The notes beneath the pieces are model-generated. The model was not told the origin of the DNA. It saw only the letters and a program-made list of their open reading frames with translations, and did not search any database. DNA of 64,000 nucleotides from Nitrospirota bacterium (lineage in GTDB: Bacteria; Nitrospirota; UBA9217): contig CAVUCU010000001.1 in assembly GCA_963740085.1 (NCBI GenBank), positions 1,280,001-1,344,000 on the forward strand, read 5' to 3'. Positions 9,426-20,102 of this stretch are shown here, one piece after another. The translations under genes were made by a program, and so were the position numbers. Positions within the stretch are counted from its first letter, which is position 1. Each line of letters opens with the position of its first letter.

Positions 9426-10727
9426 ATGAGAAATAACATCGTTTCCATCGGCGCCGACGAATTGAAATACGAGATCCGCGAGATCGTTGCCGTGGCCAAG
9501 GAATTTAGCAAGCTGGGCGTCGATATCATCTGGGAGAACATCGGCGATCCGGTCCAGAAGGGGGAAAAGATCCCTGATTGGATAAAGGACATCGTGGTCG
9601 CGGCAACACGTGAGGACGCCACGTACGCTTATTCACCGACCAAGGGGCTGGAGACGACCCGCGAATTTCTGGCGCAGCTGGCTAACAAGAACAGCAACGT
9701 CAGGATCACGAAAGAGGACATCATCTTTTTCAACGGTCTCGGCGACGCGATCGGCAAGATCTACGGCCGGCTTAAAAAGGAATACCGGGTGATCGGGCCG
9801 AGCCCGGCCTACAGTACGCACTCCTCGGCAGAGGCGTCACATGCCGGTTCAGAATATCTTTCCTATAACCTGGACCCGAAAAACCTGTGGTATCCCGACG
9901 TCGACGACCTCAGGATGAAGGTGAGATACAATCCCGCGATCTCCGGAATCCTCATCATCAATCCCGATAATCCTACCGGTGCGGTCTATCCCAAGAAGAT
10001 CCTGCAGGAGATCGTGGCCATCGCGAAGGAGTTCGACCTCTTCATCGTCTGCGACGAGATCTATACGAACATGGCCTACAATGGGAAAAAGGCGGTTCCG
10101 CTCGCCGAGGTGATCGGCGATGTGTGCGGCATCTCCATGAAAGGCATCTCGAAGGAGCTTCCGTGGCCCGGTTCGCGCTGCGGCTGGATCGAGGTCTATA
10201 ACCAGAAGAACGATCCGGTGTTCTCGAAGTACGTGAAGAGCGTCCTGGACGACAAGATGCTCGAGGTCTGCTCCACCACGCTGCCGCAGACAGTAATACC
10301 GCGCATCCTCGGGGACAAGCGCTATCCCGCCAATGTTGCACAGCGGAACAAGCGGTACGAGAAGCGTTCGAACATCGCCTACGATCTGCTCAAGAACATC
10401 AAGGGGACCATTGTGAACAGAACGAACGGCGCATTTTATATGACGGTGATGTTCGAGGAAGGCGCTCTGAACGGTAAACAGTCCCTGCCGATAAAGAACA
10501 AGGCCGTCAAGGAACTGGTCAAGAGAATAACCAGCAACGTAGCGCTCGACAAACGGTTCGTTTACTATCTGCTCGCCGCGACCGGGATCTGCGTCGTACC
10601 GCTTACCGGATTCAATTGCGATCTCAAGGGGTTCAGGGTCACGCTCCTCGAATCGGACGAGGCCAGGTTCGAACAAATATTCAGGACCGTCCGCAACAAG
10701 ATCAAGGAATATCTCGCAAGCGCCTAG
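9426..10727 (+). CDS. PLP-dependent aminotransferase class I/II (AlaA-like)
   Basis: ENIGDP, INPDNPTG, CDEIY, GISK...PGSRCGW PLP-lysine motif. Confidence 0.9.
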   Translation: MRNNIVSIGADELKYEIREIVAVAKEFSKLGVDIIWENIGDPVQKGEKIPDWIKDIVVAATREDATYAYSPTKGLETTREFLAQLANKNSNVRITKEDIIFFNGLGDAIGKIYGRLKKEYRVIGPSPAYSTHSSAEASHAGSEYLSYNLDPKNLWYPDVDDLRMKVRYNPAISGILIINPDNPTGAVYPKKILQEIVAIAKEFDLFIVCDEIYTNMAYNGKKAVPLAEVIGDVCGISMKGISKELPWPGSRCGWIEVYNQKNDPVFSKYVKSVLDDKMLEVCSTTLPQTVIPRILGDKRYPANVAQRNKRYEKRSNIAYDLLKNIKGTIVNRTNGAFYMTVMFEEGALNGKQSLPIKNKAVKELVKRITSNVALDKRFVYYLLAATGICVVPLTGFNCDLKGFRVTLLESDEARFEQIFRTVRNKIKEYLASA

Positions 10728-10743
10728 CCGCTCCCCTGCATGA

Positions 10744-11310
10744 TCAACGCGGCGGCTGCTTCTCGAAGAGCGGTAGATACTTCCCGTACCCCTCTTTTAC
10801 CAGATCTTCCACAGGAACGAACCTGAGCGCAGCCGAATTCATACAGTAACGCAGACCCGTCGGTTTGGGGCCGTCATTGAAAACGTGACCCAGATGTGAG
10901 TCCGCGTTCTTGCTCCGGACCTCAGTCCTGACAGAAAACCAACCCCGATCCTCTTTCTCCACGATATTGCCCGGTTCAAGGGGCTTGGTGAAACTCGGCC
11001 AGCCGGTTCCTGAATCGTATTTATCGAGCGAGCTGTAAAGAGGTTCGCCTGATACGATATCGACGTAAATGCCGGGTCTGTTGTTGTGGTCATACTCGTT
11101 ATTGAACGGCGGCTCCGTCCCGTTCTCCTGCGTCACTTTGTATTGCATGGGTGTCAGCTTCTTCTTCAATTCTTCTTGAGATGGTTTCATAAATTTTATC
11201 TCCGTACCAATCGCTTTTCCCTCTGGCTTTGCGCTGCCGGAATAAGCAGACACACTCACCAGTATCATCACCATCAGGATTATATTCCCTAATACAATTT
11301 TCCTTAACAT
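10744..11310 (-). CDS. msrB: Peptide-methionine (R)-S-oxide reductase with N-terminal signal peptide
   Basis: [33 protein letters not shown] motifs; hydrophobic leader. Confidence 0.95.
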   Translation of the reverse strand: MLRKIVLGNIILMVMILVSVSAYSGSAKPEGKAIGTEIKFMKPSQEELKKKLTPMQYKVTQENGTEPPFNNEYDHNNRPGIYVDIVSGEPLYSSLDKYDSGTGWPSFTKPLEPGNIVEKEDRGWFSVRTEVRSKNADSHLGHVFNDGPKPTGLRYCMNSAALRFVPVEDLVKEGYGKYLPLFEKQPPR

Positions 11311-11482
11311 GGGTGTCTCCTCGCTTTCTTTATTATAGTATACACCCGCGGGAACGGTCCTGGTGACTTTTTATCGGATGAATGTTGTCCCGTATAGTAT
11401 TATCCAAAAATATTGCAAAATATTACCCGTATCTGGTAACATATCACTATCCTATCTGCTTAAGGAATAAGGAGGTTAATCC

Positions 11483-12076
11483 ATGAGCATCCGCATACAA
11501 GTCTATTCTGATTATATCTGACCCTTCTGCTTTATCGGCATGGGACTTGTCGATAAGCTGAAGCAGGAATTCGACCTCTCGGTGGAATGGCTGGGATTCG
11601 AGATCCATCCAGACACACCACAGGAAGGTGTGCCCCTGTCAACCATGTTCCCCCAGCTCGATGCACAAAACATGTTTCGCCATCTCCGGGACATGGCCGC
11701 CCCCTACGGCATTGCCTTCGCGGACATTTCCCGCATCTCCAACTCCCGCATGTCCCTTGAGGCCTCGGAATTCGCTAAAGAGCACGGCATGTTCGACCAG
11801 TTCCATCGGGCACTGTTCCAGGCGTATTTTTCACAGGGCATGGACATCGGCAATCTTGAGGTGTTGGCGCAGATAGGCCATGAGTCGGGCCTGGATCGGG
11901 ATGCCCTCTCGCAGGCCCTCCAAACCGGGAAGTATCTGCGAAGGATCGAGAATATGCGTAATGAGGCGGCCCGCCTGGGCGTGACAGCGGCGCCGACCTT
12001 CATCATCGAGGACCGGGACCGCATTGTCGGCGCCCAGCCGATTGAGGTGTTCAAAAAGAAGTTAAGGCATTATTGA
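11483..12076 (+). CDS. DsbA/FrnE-like thioredoxin-fold oxidoreductase, probable selenoprotein (UxxC)
   Basis: AAGGAGG RBS, ATG 11483, MSIRIQVYSDYI-TGA-PFCFIG in frame with the 11540 ORF; FEIHP, GVTAAPTF, GAQP motifs; hairpin immediately after the TGA. Confidence 0.88.
11524..11563 (+). promoter_or_regulatory. Candidate bacterial SECIS element
   Basis: CTTC-t-GCTTTATCGGCA / loop TGGGACT / TGTCGATAAGC-t-GAAG stem-loop starting 3 nt after the TGA at 11519-11521, with a G-containing apical loop. Confidence 0.7.
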
Positions 12077-12901
12077 CACCGGTGTTCGACTCGCTGAATC
12101 TATCTTGATCCGCACCGCCAACACCCTTGTATACATTGTCAACTTCTTGCGCGCTTCCTGTATCTCCTCTACACATTATTATATCTGGGTCTTCCGGGTT
12201 TTGTGTGGGTCGTTTTTATCTGTTCTTAACTCAGCACATGTCACGATCCTATTTTTTTCTGCACCCCAGTTCACAGCTCCGCGCAGGGCATGATTGCCGG
12301 TACTGATAACAAGTTTTTTCGAGCATCGCGGCGCTTCCCCTCGCCCGAAGAACAGGCTCGGCCGCGTCAGCCTGGCTTTGTGGCAGCATCGTTCTTTTCT
12401 ACGTTACCATGCTTGTGCACGAACCTGTTCATGGGATGCAGGGGCTTCTGGAACGGCAAAGATATGAGTATCTCCCCACCTCCCGTTGAGGTTAATTCTG
12501 CACTTAGTGGGGTAGCCTTTAAAATTCTGCCTCTCCCCTGCGCCGGGTGGCTCTGAGCGAAAGACGCGCAGAGCAATGCTGCACAGATCGTAGTTGCAAG
12601 AACAAGACAAGGCAGACACGGCCGAACCCTTTTTCAAAGGGTGAGGGTGGAGTGATGCGAGACCTGCTTATCAGGGCTGATGTACAGTATATATCTCTGC
12701 ATGCTGCGCTGCCGAGCGATGAGCTGCCCAAGAAAATCGATGCACAAGTGGGACAAGCGCCAACCGAGATAATCTTCAGAAAATAGACTGAGATTTCCGG
12801 AGGGATCACCGAGACAATCGCCAAAATTGAGCCGGCACCGATAGAAAAAGCCCCCCGGACAAGCCGGAGGGCCTTTAGGTTTACCTGCCGGAATACTTAT
12901 A

Positions 12902-13075
12902 CTACTTCATTCCGGGTGTTGCCGCAGGCGCTGTCGCGGTCGGCGCAGATGCCGGTGTCGTCGGGGTCATAGCCGACTGTTCTGCAGGCTTCGGAGCCTC
13001 CTGCTTCTGGCATCCGGTAAAAGCAAAAACCGTAGCCACTGCCAATACTGCTATAATTGCACTGATCTTCTTCAC
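12902..13075 (-). CDS. Small Ala/Pro/Thr-rich lipoprotein (57 aa)
   Basis: GGGGGTG RBS, GTG start, MKKISAIIAVLAVATVFAFTG-C lipobox, low-complexity tail; hairpin terminator at about 12845-12876. Confidence 0.8.
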   Translation of the reverse strand: MKKISAIIAVLAVATVFAFTGCQKQEAPKPAEQSAMTPTTPASAPTATAPAATPGMK

Positions 13076-13561
13076 GTTATTTCACCCCCTTTCTTCTCAT
13101 GAGAGTAACTGCAGCGCGCTTGTCGCAATAAGATAAATTAGATGAAAAACGCACCGCAGTAATGATGACCTTTTGATTATGGTGGGCCATAAAAGTCCGG
13201 CCCGTGCCACTGCCAGTCAGTTTCAGGCCAGCGACATTAACACAAAACGGCAGAAGTATATTCCTTTTCTTGAAGAAATCAATTGAATTTAGTCACCAGT
13301 AATGCGATTTCCGCCAGCGGCCAACGGGAAATGCCATGGCATCGACGACGATATGATCGAGAACCAATAAGCAAATGCAAGCGAAAATAACATCTCTCTC
13401 TTCCCCGGCGTTGCTTTACGTATTCGCCATCAAACCCCTTGACAGAAGCAGACTGTATGGGTATATACTGTTTCTTGAGACTTCTTCCGTCCCGGGAAGT
13501 TCGCACCGATGCATACCGTAACATCATTGATATATTCTGAATCACATTGTGAGGTGAACCT

Positions 13562-15467
13562 ATGACTGCTGAAAAAATGGAATTCAAGACCGAAGTTAAA
13601 GAGCTGCTGGACCTGATGATCCACTCCCTCTATTCTCACAAGGAGATCTTCCTGCGGGAGCTGATCTCGAATGCATCTGACGCGATAGACAAGGCCCGCT
13701 TCGAATCGCTCACGAACAAGGACATCCTGGCAAATACGGGCGAATGGAAGATCAAGATCATCGTCGACAAGGCTGCTGGCACGCTGACGGTCAGCGACAA
13801 CGGCATCGGCATGACCCATGACGAGGTCATCGCGGAGCTCGGGACCATCGCACACTCCGGCTCAAAGGATTTTCTGCGGGCCCTCCAGAACAAGGCCCTG
13901 AAGGACACGCCCGAGCTCATCGGGCAATTCGGCGTCGGTTTCTATTCATCCTTCATGGTCGCCGACAAGGTCACGGTACTGACCCGGAAGGCGACTGAGC
14001 AGACAAAAAAGGCGACCAAATGGGAATCCACTGCAGACGGTTCGTTCATCATCGACGAAGCGGAAAAGGAGCGCGGCGGCACCGATGTGATCCTTCATCT
14101 CAAGGTTGAAGACAAAAATTACCTTGACGAATGGGAGATCACGGCAGGTCGTCAGAAAATACTCCGATTATATCGCTCATCCCGTGGTCATGGACATTGA
14201 ACGGGAAAAGGAAGACCCGGCGGACAAGAATAAAAGGGTCAAGGTCACCGAAGAGGAGACCATGAACGCCGGAAAGGCCATCTGGCTCAAGGACCAGTCG
14301 GAAATAACGGCCGAGGAATACAACGATTTCTACAAGCACATCTCCCATGATTTCGGCGAACCGGCAAAGGTCATCCATTACCGCGCCGAGGGCACCTCGG
14401 AGTTCACTGCGCTTCTCTATATCCCTGCGAAGGCCCCCTACGGGATCCTGTACAAGGACTACAAGATCGGCCCGACCCTGTATGTCAAACGCGTGCAGAT
14501 CATGGACCATTGCGAACAGCTCATTCCCGAGTACCTGCGTTTTGTCAAGGGCGTCGTCGACTCGTCGGACCTTCCGCTGAACGTATCGCGCGAGATCCTG
14601 CAGTCCAACAAACATGTCGAGGTCATCAAGAAGAACATCACCAGGAAAGTGCTCGATACCCTGGGGGACATGAAGAAAAACGCTTATGACGCTTATCTGG
14701 AATTCCACAAGGAGTTCGGAAGGATCCTGAAAGAAGGCATTCATTTCGATTTTTCCAAAAAGGAGCAAGTCGCCGATCTCTTGCTGTTCTCTTCCACCAA
14801 GACCGAACCGGGCAAGTATACGACCTTCGATGATTATGTGAAGAACATGCCGATCGCACAGGGAGAGATCTACTACATCACCGGCAGGCCGGATGAGAAT
14901 GTCCTGCAGTCGCCCTATCTCGAGGCATTCCGCGAAAAGGGCTACGAAGTATTGATCATGACCGACGATATCGATGATTTCATCATGCTCGATCTTAAGG
15001 AATACAAGGGCAAGAAGATAAAATCGGTCATCAAAGGCGATATCAACCTTGACAAGTCCAGCGACGCGGAAAAGGAACGGTCGAAGGAGAAATTCGGAAA
15101 GCTCCTCGGCATGATAAAAGAGCAATTAAAGACCGACATAAAGGATGTGCGCCTGTCCGGCAGGCTCAAGGATTCGGCTTGCTGCCTTGTTGCCGATGAA
15201 GGCGGGCTCGACCCCCAGATGGAGAAACTGCTCAAATCCATGGGACAGGATGTGCCGTCAGACAAAAGGATACTGGAGATCAATCCATCGAACCAGGTCT
15301 TTGAGGTCATGAACGCCATGATCGAAAAAGGCGGCAATGAACAGCTCTTGAAAGAATATATCGACCTGCTGTATAATCAGGCACTCCTGCTCGAAGGTTC
15401 GAAACTCAAGGACCCCGCAGCTTTTACAAAGTCCGTAGCAAAGCTAATGTCGGAAAACGTGAAGTAG
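13562..15467 (+). CDS. htpG: Chaperone HtpG (Hsp90), one frameshift near 14141
   Basis: [28 protein letters not shown] in ORF 13562; [17 protein letters not shown] in ORF 14106; one extra base in ...GAG ATC [A] CGG CAG; TTGACA at 13439. Confidence 0.93.
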
Positions 15468-15521
15468 TAACCGCCGCAACGCCGAGCGCTCTCAGCAAGT
15501 CATCGAATTCCGGAGGAAATT

Positions 15522-16175
15522 ATGTCGGAACAGAGAACAGTGATCACGATCACGCGACAGATGGCAAGCGGCGGCGTCTATATCGGGCGCCGCGTGGCGA
15601 GGAGGCTCGGCTATAAATACGTTGACCGGGAGATCCTGGAGAAGGCGGCGGAGCAGCTCGACGCCGACCGGGCCTCGCTTGCCGCGGTTGAAGAGCGTTG
15701 TTCCGGCTTTCTCGATAACCTCGTGAAGGGTTTTACCTTCGGCACTCCAGAAGCCGCCTTTGTCGCGCCTTCGGGCAGGCCCGTATACGACCGGGAAGTC
15801 TTCGACACGGAGTCCTGCGTCATCAAGGGGCTCGCCGACAGGTACAATTGCGTTGTGGTCGGGCATGCCGCGTTCTTTGTGCTTCGCGGCAGACGCAATA
15901 TTCTGAACGTCCTTATCCATGCTCCTGAGGATTTCCGCATCAGGAGGCTTCAGGACTTTCGCAAGATCTCCGCTGACCGGGCGCGCACGGAGATCCGGAA
16001 GGCCGACAACCAGCAGGACAAGTTCATTCGCACCATGACGAAGCTGGGGTGGGAGGACGCCAGAAATTACCATCTCTCGGTCAATTCACAGGCGGCCGGG
16101 TTTGAGAACGTTGAAAATATGATCATCGGGTTTTTTGAAAGAATGAAGGCTGACGCCGAGTGTAACGGTTTGTAA
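15522..16175 (+). CDS. Cytidylate kinase-like family protein
   Basis: VITITRQMASGG P-loop-like start, LGYKYVDREIL, CVVVGH, YHLSVNS. Confidence 0.8.
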   Translation: MSEQRTVITITRQMASGGVYIGRRVARRLGYKYVDREILEKAAEQLDADRASLAAVEERCSGFLDNLVKGFTFGTPEAAFVAPSGRPVYDREVFDTESCVIKGLADRYNCVVVGHAAFFVLRGRRNILNVLIHAPEDFRIRRLQDFRKISADRARTEIRKADNQQDKFIRTMTKLGWEDARNYHLSVNSQAAGFENVENMIIGFFERMKADAECNGL

Positions 16176-16371
16176 GATCGGTCCGGATGCTTCGCTGCCG
16201 GACTGTCTTTGCTGATCCGGCGGCTTTTTTAGCGTTCATACCTCCTCCATGCTCCCTCTGTTTGACTCCTTTCCTCCCCCCTTTGAGCGGTATGCTTGAC
16301 TTCAGAGGCCGTGTCTGATATGTTCGGACTAACGAAAATGACGTCATGTCACGTAGACATGGAGGAGCATC

Positions 16372-16995
16372 ATGCTGCCCGATGATTCCGTTTTTTCCAG
16401 TAACGAGACCCTCAGAACGATCGGTGACCGTCACAGCGTCAGGACCTTCACCCGGGACGACGTGAGCGATGACGAGATCAATGTCCTGCTGCATGCGGCA
16501 AACGCGGCGCCGTCGGCCCACAACCAGCAAGCCTGGCGGTTCATCGTCCTCCGGGGCGGGAAGAAGCAGCAGCTGGCACAGCTCGTAACCGCGCAGTCAA
16601 CGGCCTTTCCCCGGCCGGCCGCGGCGCTCCTCCGGATGGGTGCGAAGAGCATTATCTCGGCGCCGGCGGTCATCGCGGTGGTCAACACGGGAGACCTCAT
16701 CAGACACGGGACGGCGCTCTTCAAGGTGGATAAAGACACGGCCCATGATTTTTTTCGGACGATGGAGATTCAGAGCTCCGCGGCGGCGGTCGAGAACATC
16801 CTGCTTGCCGCCACCTCACTCGGCCTTGGCGCGGTCTGGCTCGGTGTTCTCTATCTCATCAAGGACCAAGTGCTCCGCTTCCTCGGCGAGCCGGAGGGCG
16901 AATTCATGGCAGTGGTCCCCGTGGGCCGTCCCGCCAGGATAGGCGGAGGACCGCGGAAACAGCCGGTGGAAATGAAGGTGCGCTCATTGAGTTGA
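16372..16995 (+). CDS. Nitroreductase family protein
   Basis: RHSVRTF, APSAHNQQAWRF, NILLAATSLGLGAVW; TTGACT-17-TATGTT promoter at about 16296. Confidence 0.9.
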   Translation: MLPDDSVFSSNETLRTIGDRHSVRTFTRDDVSDDEINVLLHAANAAPSAHNQQAWRFIVLRGGKKQQLAQLVTAQSTAFPRPAAALLRMGAKSIISAPAVIAVVNTGDLIRHGTALFKVDKDTAHDFFRTMEIQSSAAAVENILLAATSLGLGAVWLGVLYLIKDQVLRFLGEPEGEFMAVVPVGRPARIGGGPRKQPVEMKVRSLS

Positions 16996-17085
16996 ATAGT
17001 GTGTTGCCTCCTCCACAAGGCAGGTTCACTGGCGAACCGGGCACCCGGCAGTGTTCATCCTCTGTAATCGAAAGGAGTCAGCAAT

Positions 17086-17766
17086 ATGAGAACCATCCGA
17101 TTCTTCTTCATGGTAACGATACTGTTGACGGCTGTACCCGTCATTACCGCCAACTCGATCAGTGAAGCCCAGGTTGTTCCGAAAGCCGTTCCGGAAAATA
17201 CCGCAGCCAATAACGATTATGCCGGCTCCAGCCTGCTCGACATTCCTCTCCTCTGGAAACCGACGGAAACGATCAGTGCCCTGGATGCGATCGATCTGAC
17301 GGTATTTCAAAATACAACATTCACCGTGAAACCGTTCAACGATCTGAGAAAAAAACCCTCGGAGATCGGTAAGAATGTTGAGAAAAGTTCTTTCAGCAAG
17401 ATACGCTACGTAACTACCAGGGACAATGTCGCCGCATGGTTAACAGACAGGTTCGAAAAGATTCTTGCAGAGTTTGACCTCTCTGTCGTCAAAGACGGCG
17501 GCACCCTCTTGCTTGAGGCCGATATCGTCAAATTTTACGTGACCGAAGAGTCGGTTTACAAGGCGGATATCGGCTTGAAGGTTCGGATGAGGTCAAAGAA
17601 CGGCGACGTGCTCTGGGAGGGAATGGTATCGGTCAGTTCCAATCGCTGGGGCAGTTCGTATAAGGCGGACAACTATAACGAGGCCCTGAGTAACGCCTGC
17701 ATCGATGTCGTCTACAATCTCCTGAAGAGCGATTCGTTCTTGCAGGCCGTGAAGAAGAACAAATGA
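17086..17766 (+). CDS. Exported hypothetical protein (possibly YajG-like)
   Basis: AAGGAG RBS, signal peptide, 226 aa open frame. Confidence 0.6.
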   Translation: MRTIRFFFMVTILLTAVPVITANSISEAQVVPKAVPENTAANNDYAGSSLLDIPLLWKPTETISALDAIDLTVFQNTTFTVKPFNDLRKKPSEIGKNVEKSSFSKIRYVTTRDNVAAWLTDRFEKILAEFDLSVVKDGGTLLLEADIVKFYVTEESVYKADIGLKVRMRSKNGDVLWEGMVSVSSNRWGSSYKADNYNEALSNACIDVVYNLLKSDSFLQAVKKNK

Positions 17767-17934
17767 GTGTTCTCTCCCTGAAAATGCCGTCTTCGCGGGG
17801 TTGAATAAATGTGCGGCCGGCAAAGGGTAAATGCTATAACGTGATTTTGATCGGATATGTTTTATCCTTTCTCAATTCATGGTGTCTTACCATGCAGCGT
17901 TGCACTTTTGTAAAAAACTTGGTAAGGAGGCATT

Positions 17935-18235
17935 ATGAGAAGGACATTGATCGCAGCGGTAGCATTGTCTCTGGTATTGGCAGTATCGGCATTCGCAGCG
18001 GATAGCGGACAGCCGGGTAATGTTCCAGGCCCGAATTTTGATCAGAGGAAGGCTGAGATTGAGAAGATGCTCGATGAGCGGATAGCAAGCCTTCAAGAGG
18101 CAAAGAATTGCATACAGGCGGCGCAGAGAATTCGACGACATCACAACTTGCAGGGAAAAGCACCGCGCAGAGATGAAGGGGATGCGAAGGGGGATGAAAC
18201 AACAGCGCGGTATGGGTGCCCCGATGGGCAGATAG
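17935..18235 (+). CDS. Small exported helical protein with Met/Gly-rich tail; frameshift near 18128
   Basis: AAGGAGG RBS, signal peptide ending SAFA; after a shift the frame continues ...FDDITTCREKHRAEMKGMRRGMKQQRGMGAPMGR*; terminator at 18260-18296. Confidence 0.65.
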
Positions 18236-18816
18236 TTCACTGAGTAATACTGATTTGTTAAATAGCGGGAAGGCCGTTCGGCCGACCCGCTATTTTAATT
18301 TAACTTGACCGGCATTAGGCATTTTCCCGTTTTTTAAAGGATAACTTAGCAGTGTAGTATAAAATATGACCGGCCTCGCCCCTGTCCTTTCTCTTCTTTG
18401 TCTTGCATTTATGAGGGGAAATGAGAGCTTATGAAAGGCAACATATTTATAGCAGGGGTAAGCGTAAGGGGTGGAACGGCGGCAAGAACCGGATAAAGTA
18501 TCAAGTTGTCGAATCGTAACCGGTTAGCACCCGTAATTTGTCGCATGAATCTGCTATTCTGCAAGCCCATCCTTTTTTAACAACAAAATCCCGAAACAAT
18601 GGGAGCGTCCTTTTCGCATAGTGTAGTATTCCCTGAAACTCACGATGGGGGATTTGACTCCGCGGGAATTAGCAGTATACTTTATTTATCCCGGAGTGAG
18701 TTTGGACGATAGCCCTTTAATGCAACCTTAGTATTCCCGCGGCTTCGCGAGAGCGTCGATATGAATGCTGTAAATCAGGGTGTTTTATCACACACTAACC
18801 CCAAAGAAAAAGGAGG

Positions 18817-19347
18817 ATGATCATGAAGAAAACAGGATTGGGTATTCTGGGTATTGCGGTTATTGCTTTTCTGAGCTCAGGGGTATGGGCGCAGGGCATG
18901 GGCGGAATGGGCATGATGGACGACAATGATATGCCGATGATGGGCGGCGGATGTGGGATGGGCATGGGAGGAATGCAAGGCATGGGCATGATGGGGCCTG
19001 GCGCTTTTGATCGCCTTGACCTCACCGCAGAGCAACGGACCAAGATAAACAAGATCCGGGATGACATGAGGAAGCAGCACTGGGCGCTGATGGGGAAGAT
19101 AATGGAAGAACAGGCCAAGCTCCGGGATCTCTATGATGAGGATCTGCTGGAAGCAAAAAAGATAACCGCGGTTTCCGACGCGATCCATGCATATCGCAAG
19201 CAAATGATCGAGTCGAGGATCGATGCGTTTAACCGCATGCGCGACGTTCTTACCAAGGAACAGCGGGAGCAGCTCACCAAGTTGCGGCATGGAGGTGGGG
19301 GTATGATGGGGCCGGGATACAGGCGTGGCAACATGATGGGACAGTAG
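18817..19347 (+). CDS. Spy/CpxP family periplasmic chaperone with Met/Gly-rich termini
   Basis: Signal peptide, two LTxxQ motifs (LTAEQ, LTKEQ); terminator at about 19410-19439. Confidence 0.85.
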   Translation: MIMKKTGLGILGIAVIAFLSSGVWAQGMGGMGMMDDNDMPMMGGGCGMGMGGMQGMGMMGPGAFDRLDLTAEQRTKINKIRDDMRKQHWALMGKIMEEQAKLRDLYDEDLLEAKKITAVSDAIHAYRKQMIESRIDAFNRMRDVLTKEQREQLTKLRHGGGGMMGPGYRRGNMMGQ

Positions 19348-19530
19348 TTCATACACCTGGCTGCCGGAGAGGGATGATGCACCGGCCGGCACAATTAATC
19401 ATATGCGAGGGGCGTGGAAAGGATCGCGCCTTTTTTTTTGAAGCCCGGGCACATATTCCAATGATTGAAAAAGTCGTACTCGCTTCAAATAATTCTCAGA
19501 TCAAACGAGAAGACCATTAAAGGAGAATTT

Positions 19531-19980
19531 ATGATCTCGAAGATTCTTGTTCCGACAGATGGTTCAAAGACAGCTCAAAAGGCAGCCAGATATGCGATTG
19601 ACCTTGCAAAACAATTAAAGGCCTCGGTAATTGTCCTGAGCGTTATTGATACACGCTTCCTTATAGGTCAGACAATTACCGCGGATACCCCAAGGCATAT
19701 GATTCAGCCTGTCGAGGAATATCTACACGAGGCCGCCAAAGAGTATGCGGGAAACATAAAGACGCTCTGTGAAAAAAGCGACCTCAAAGCAAAGACTGTT
19801 ATAACGACAGGGCACCCGGTAGAGGATATCGTGAAAGAGGCCAAAAAGTCAAAGGCAAATCTCATTGTCATGGGTTCCCACGGAAGAAGCGCCTTAGCAG
19901 CCGCGGTCCTTGGAAGTGTTACCTATGGGGTAATTCATAAGGAAATGAAGGTTCCTGTGCTCATCGTGCGGAAAGGCTGA
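19531..19980 (+). CDS. Universal stress protein (UspA family) 1
   Basis: KILVPTDGS; MGSHG-x9-GS ATP-binding motif; PVLIVR; AAGGAG RBS before 19531. Confidence 0.93.
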   Translation: MISKILVPTDGSKTAQKAARYAIDLAKQLKASVIVLSVIDTRFLIGQTITADTPRHMIQPVEEYLHEAAKEYAGNIKTLCEKSDLKAKTVITTGHPVEDIVKEAKKSKANLIVMGSHGRSALAAAVLGSVTYGVIHKEMKVPVLIVRKG

Positions 19981-20102
19981 CAGTGAGGTATCGACCAAGT
20001 TTAACAGGATTTTGAAAATATATTTATTCGCCGTTGTTTGTCTCAATAGCATTTGGCTTTGACGTGGATCAGGAAATATCATTAGGGAAAGGGATCGAAT
20101 CC

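Noticed and set aside
13080-13560. Sigma54 promoter, c-di-GMP riboswitch or CIRCE in the lipoprotein-htpG gap
   Set aside because: TGGCA elements lack a correctly spaced TTGC; no CIRCE inverted repeat or riboswitch core found
20059-20072. Fnr/Crp box TTGAC-N4-ATCAG (and AAGAT-N4-ATCAA at 56067)
   Set aside because: Only 8 of 10 matches, oddly close to start codons, and not repeated consistently across the island
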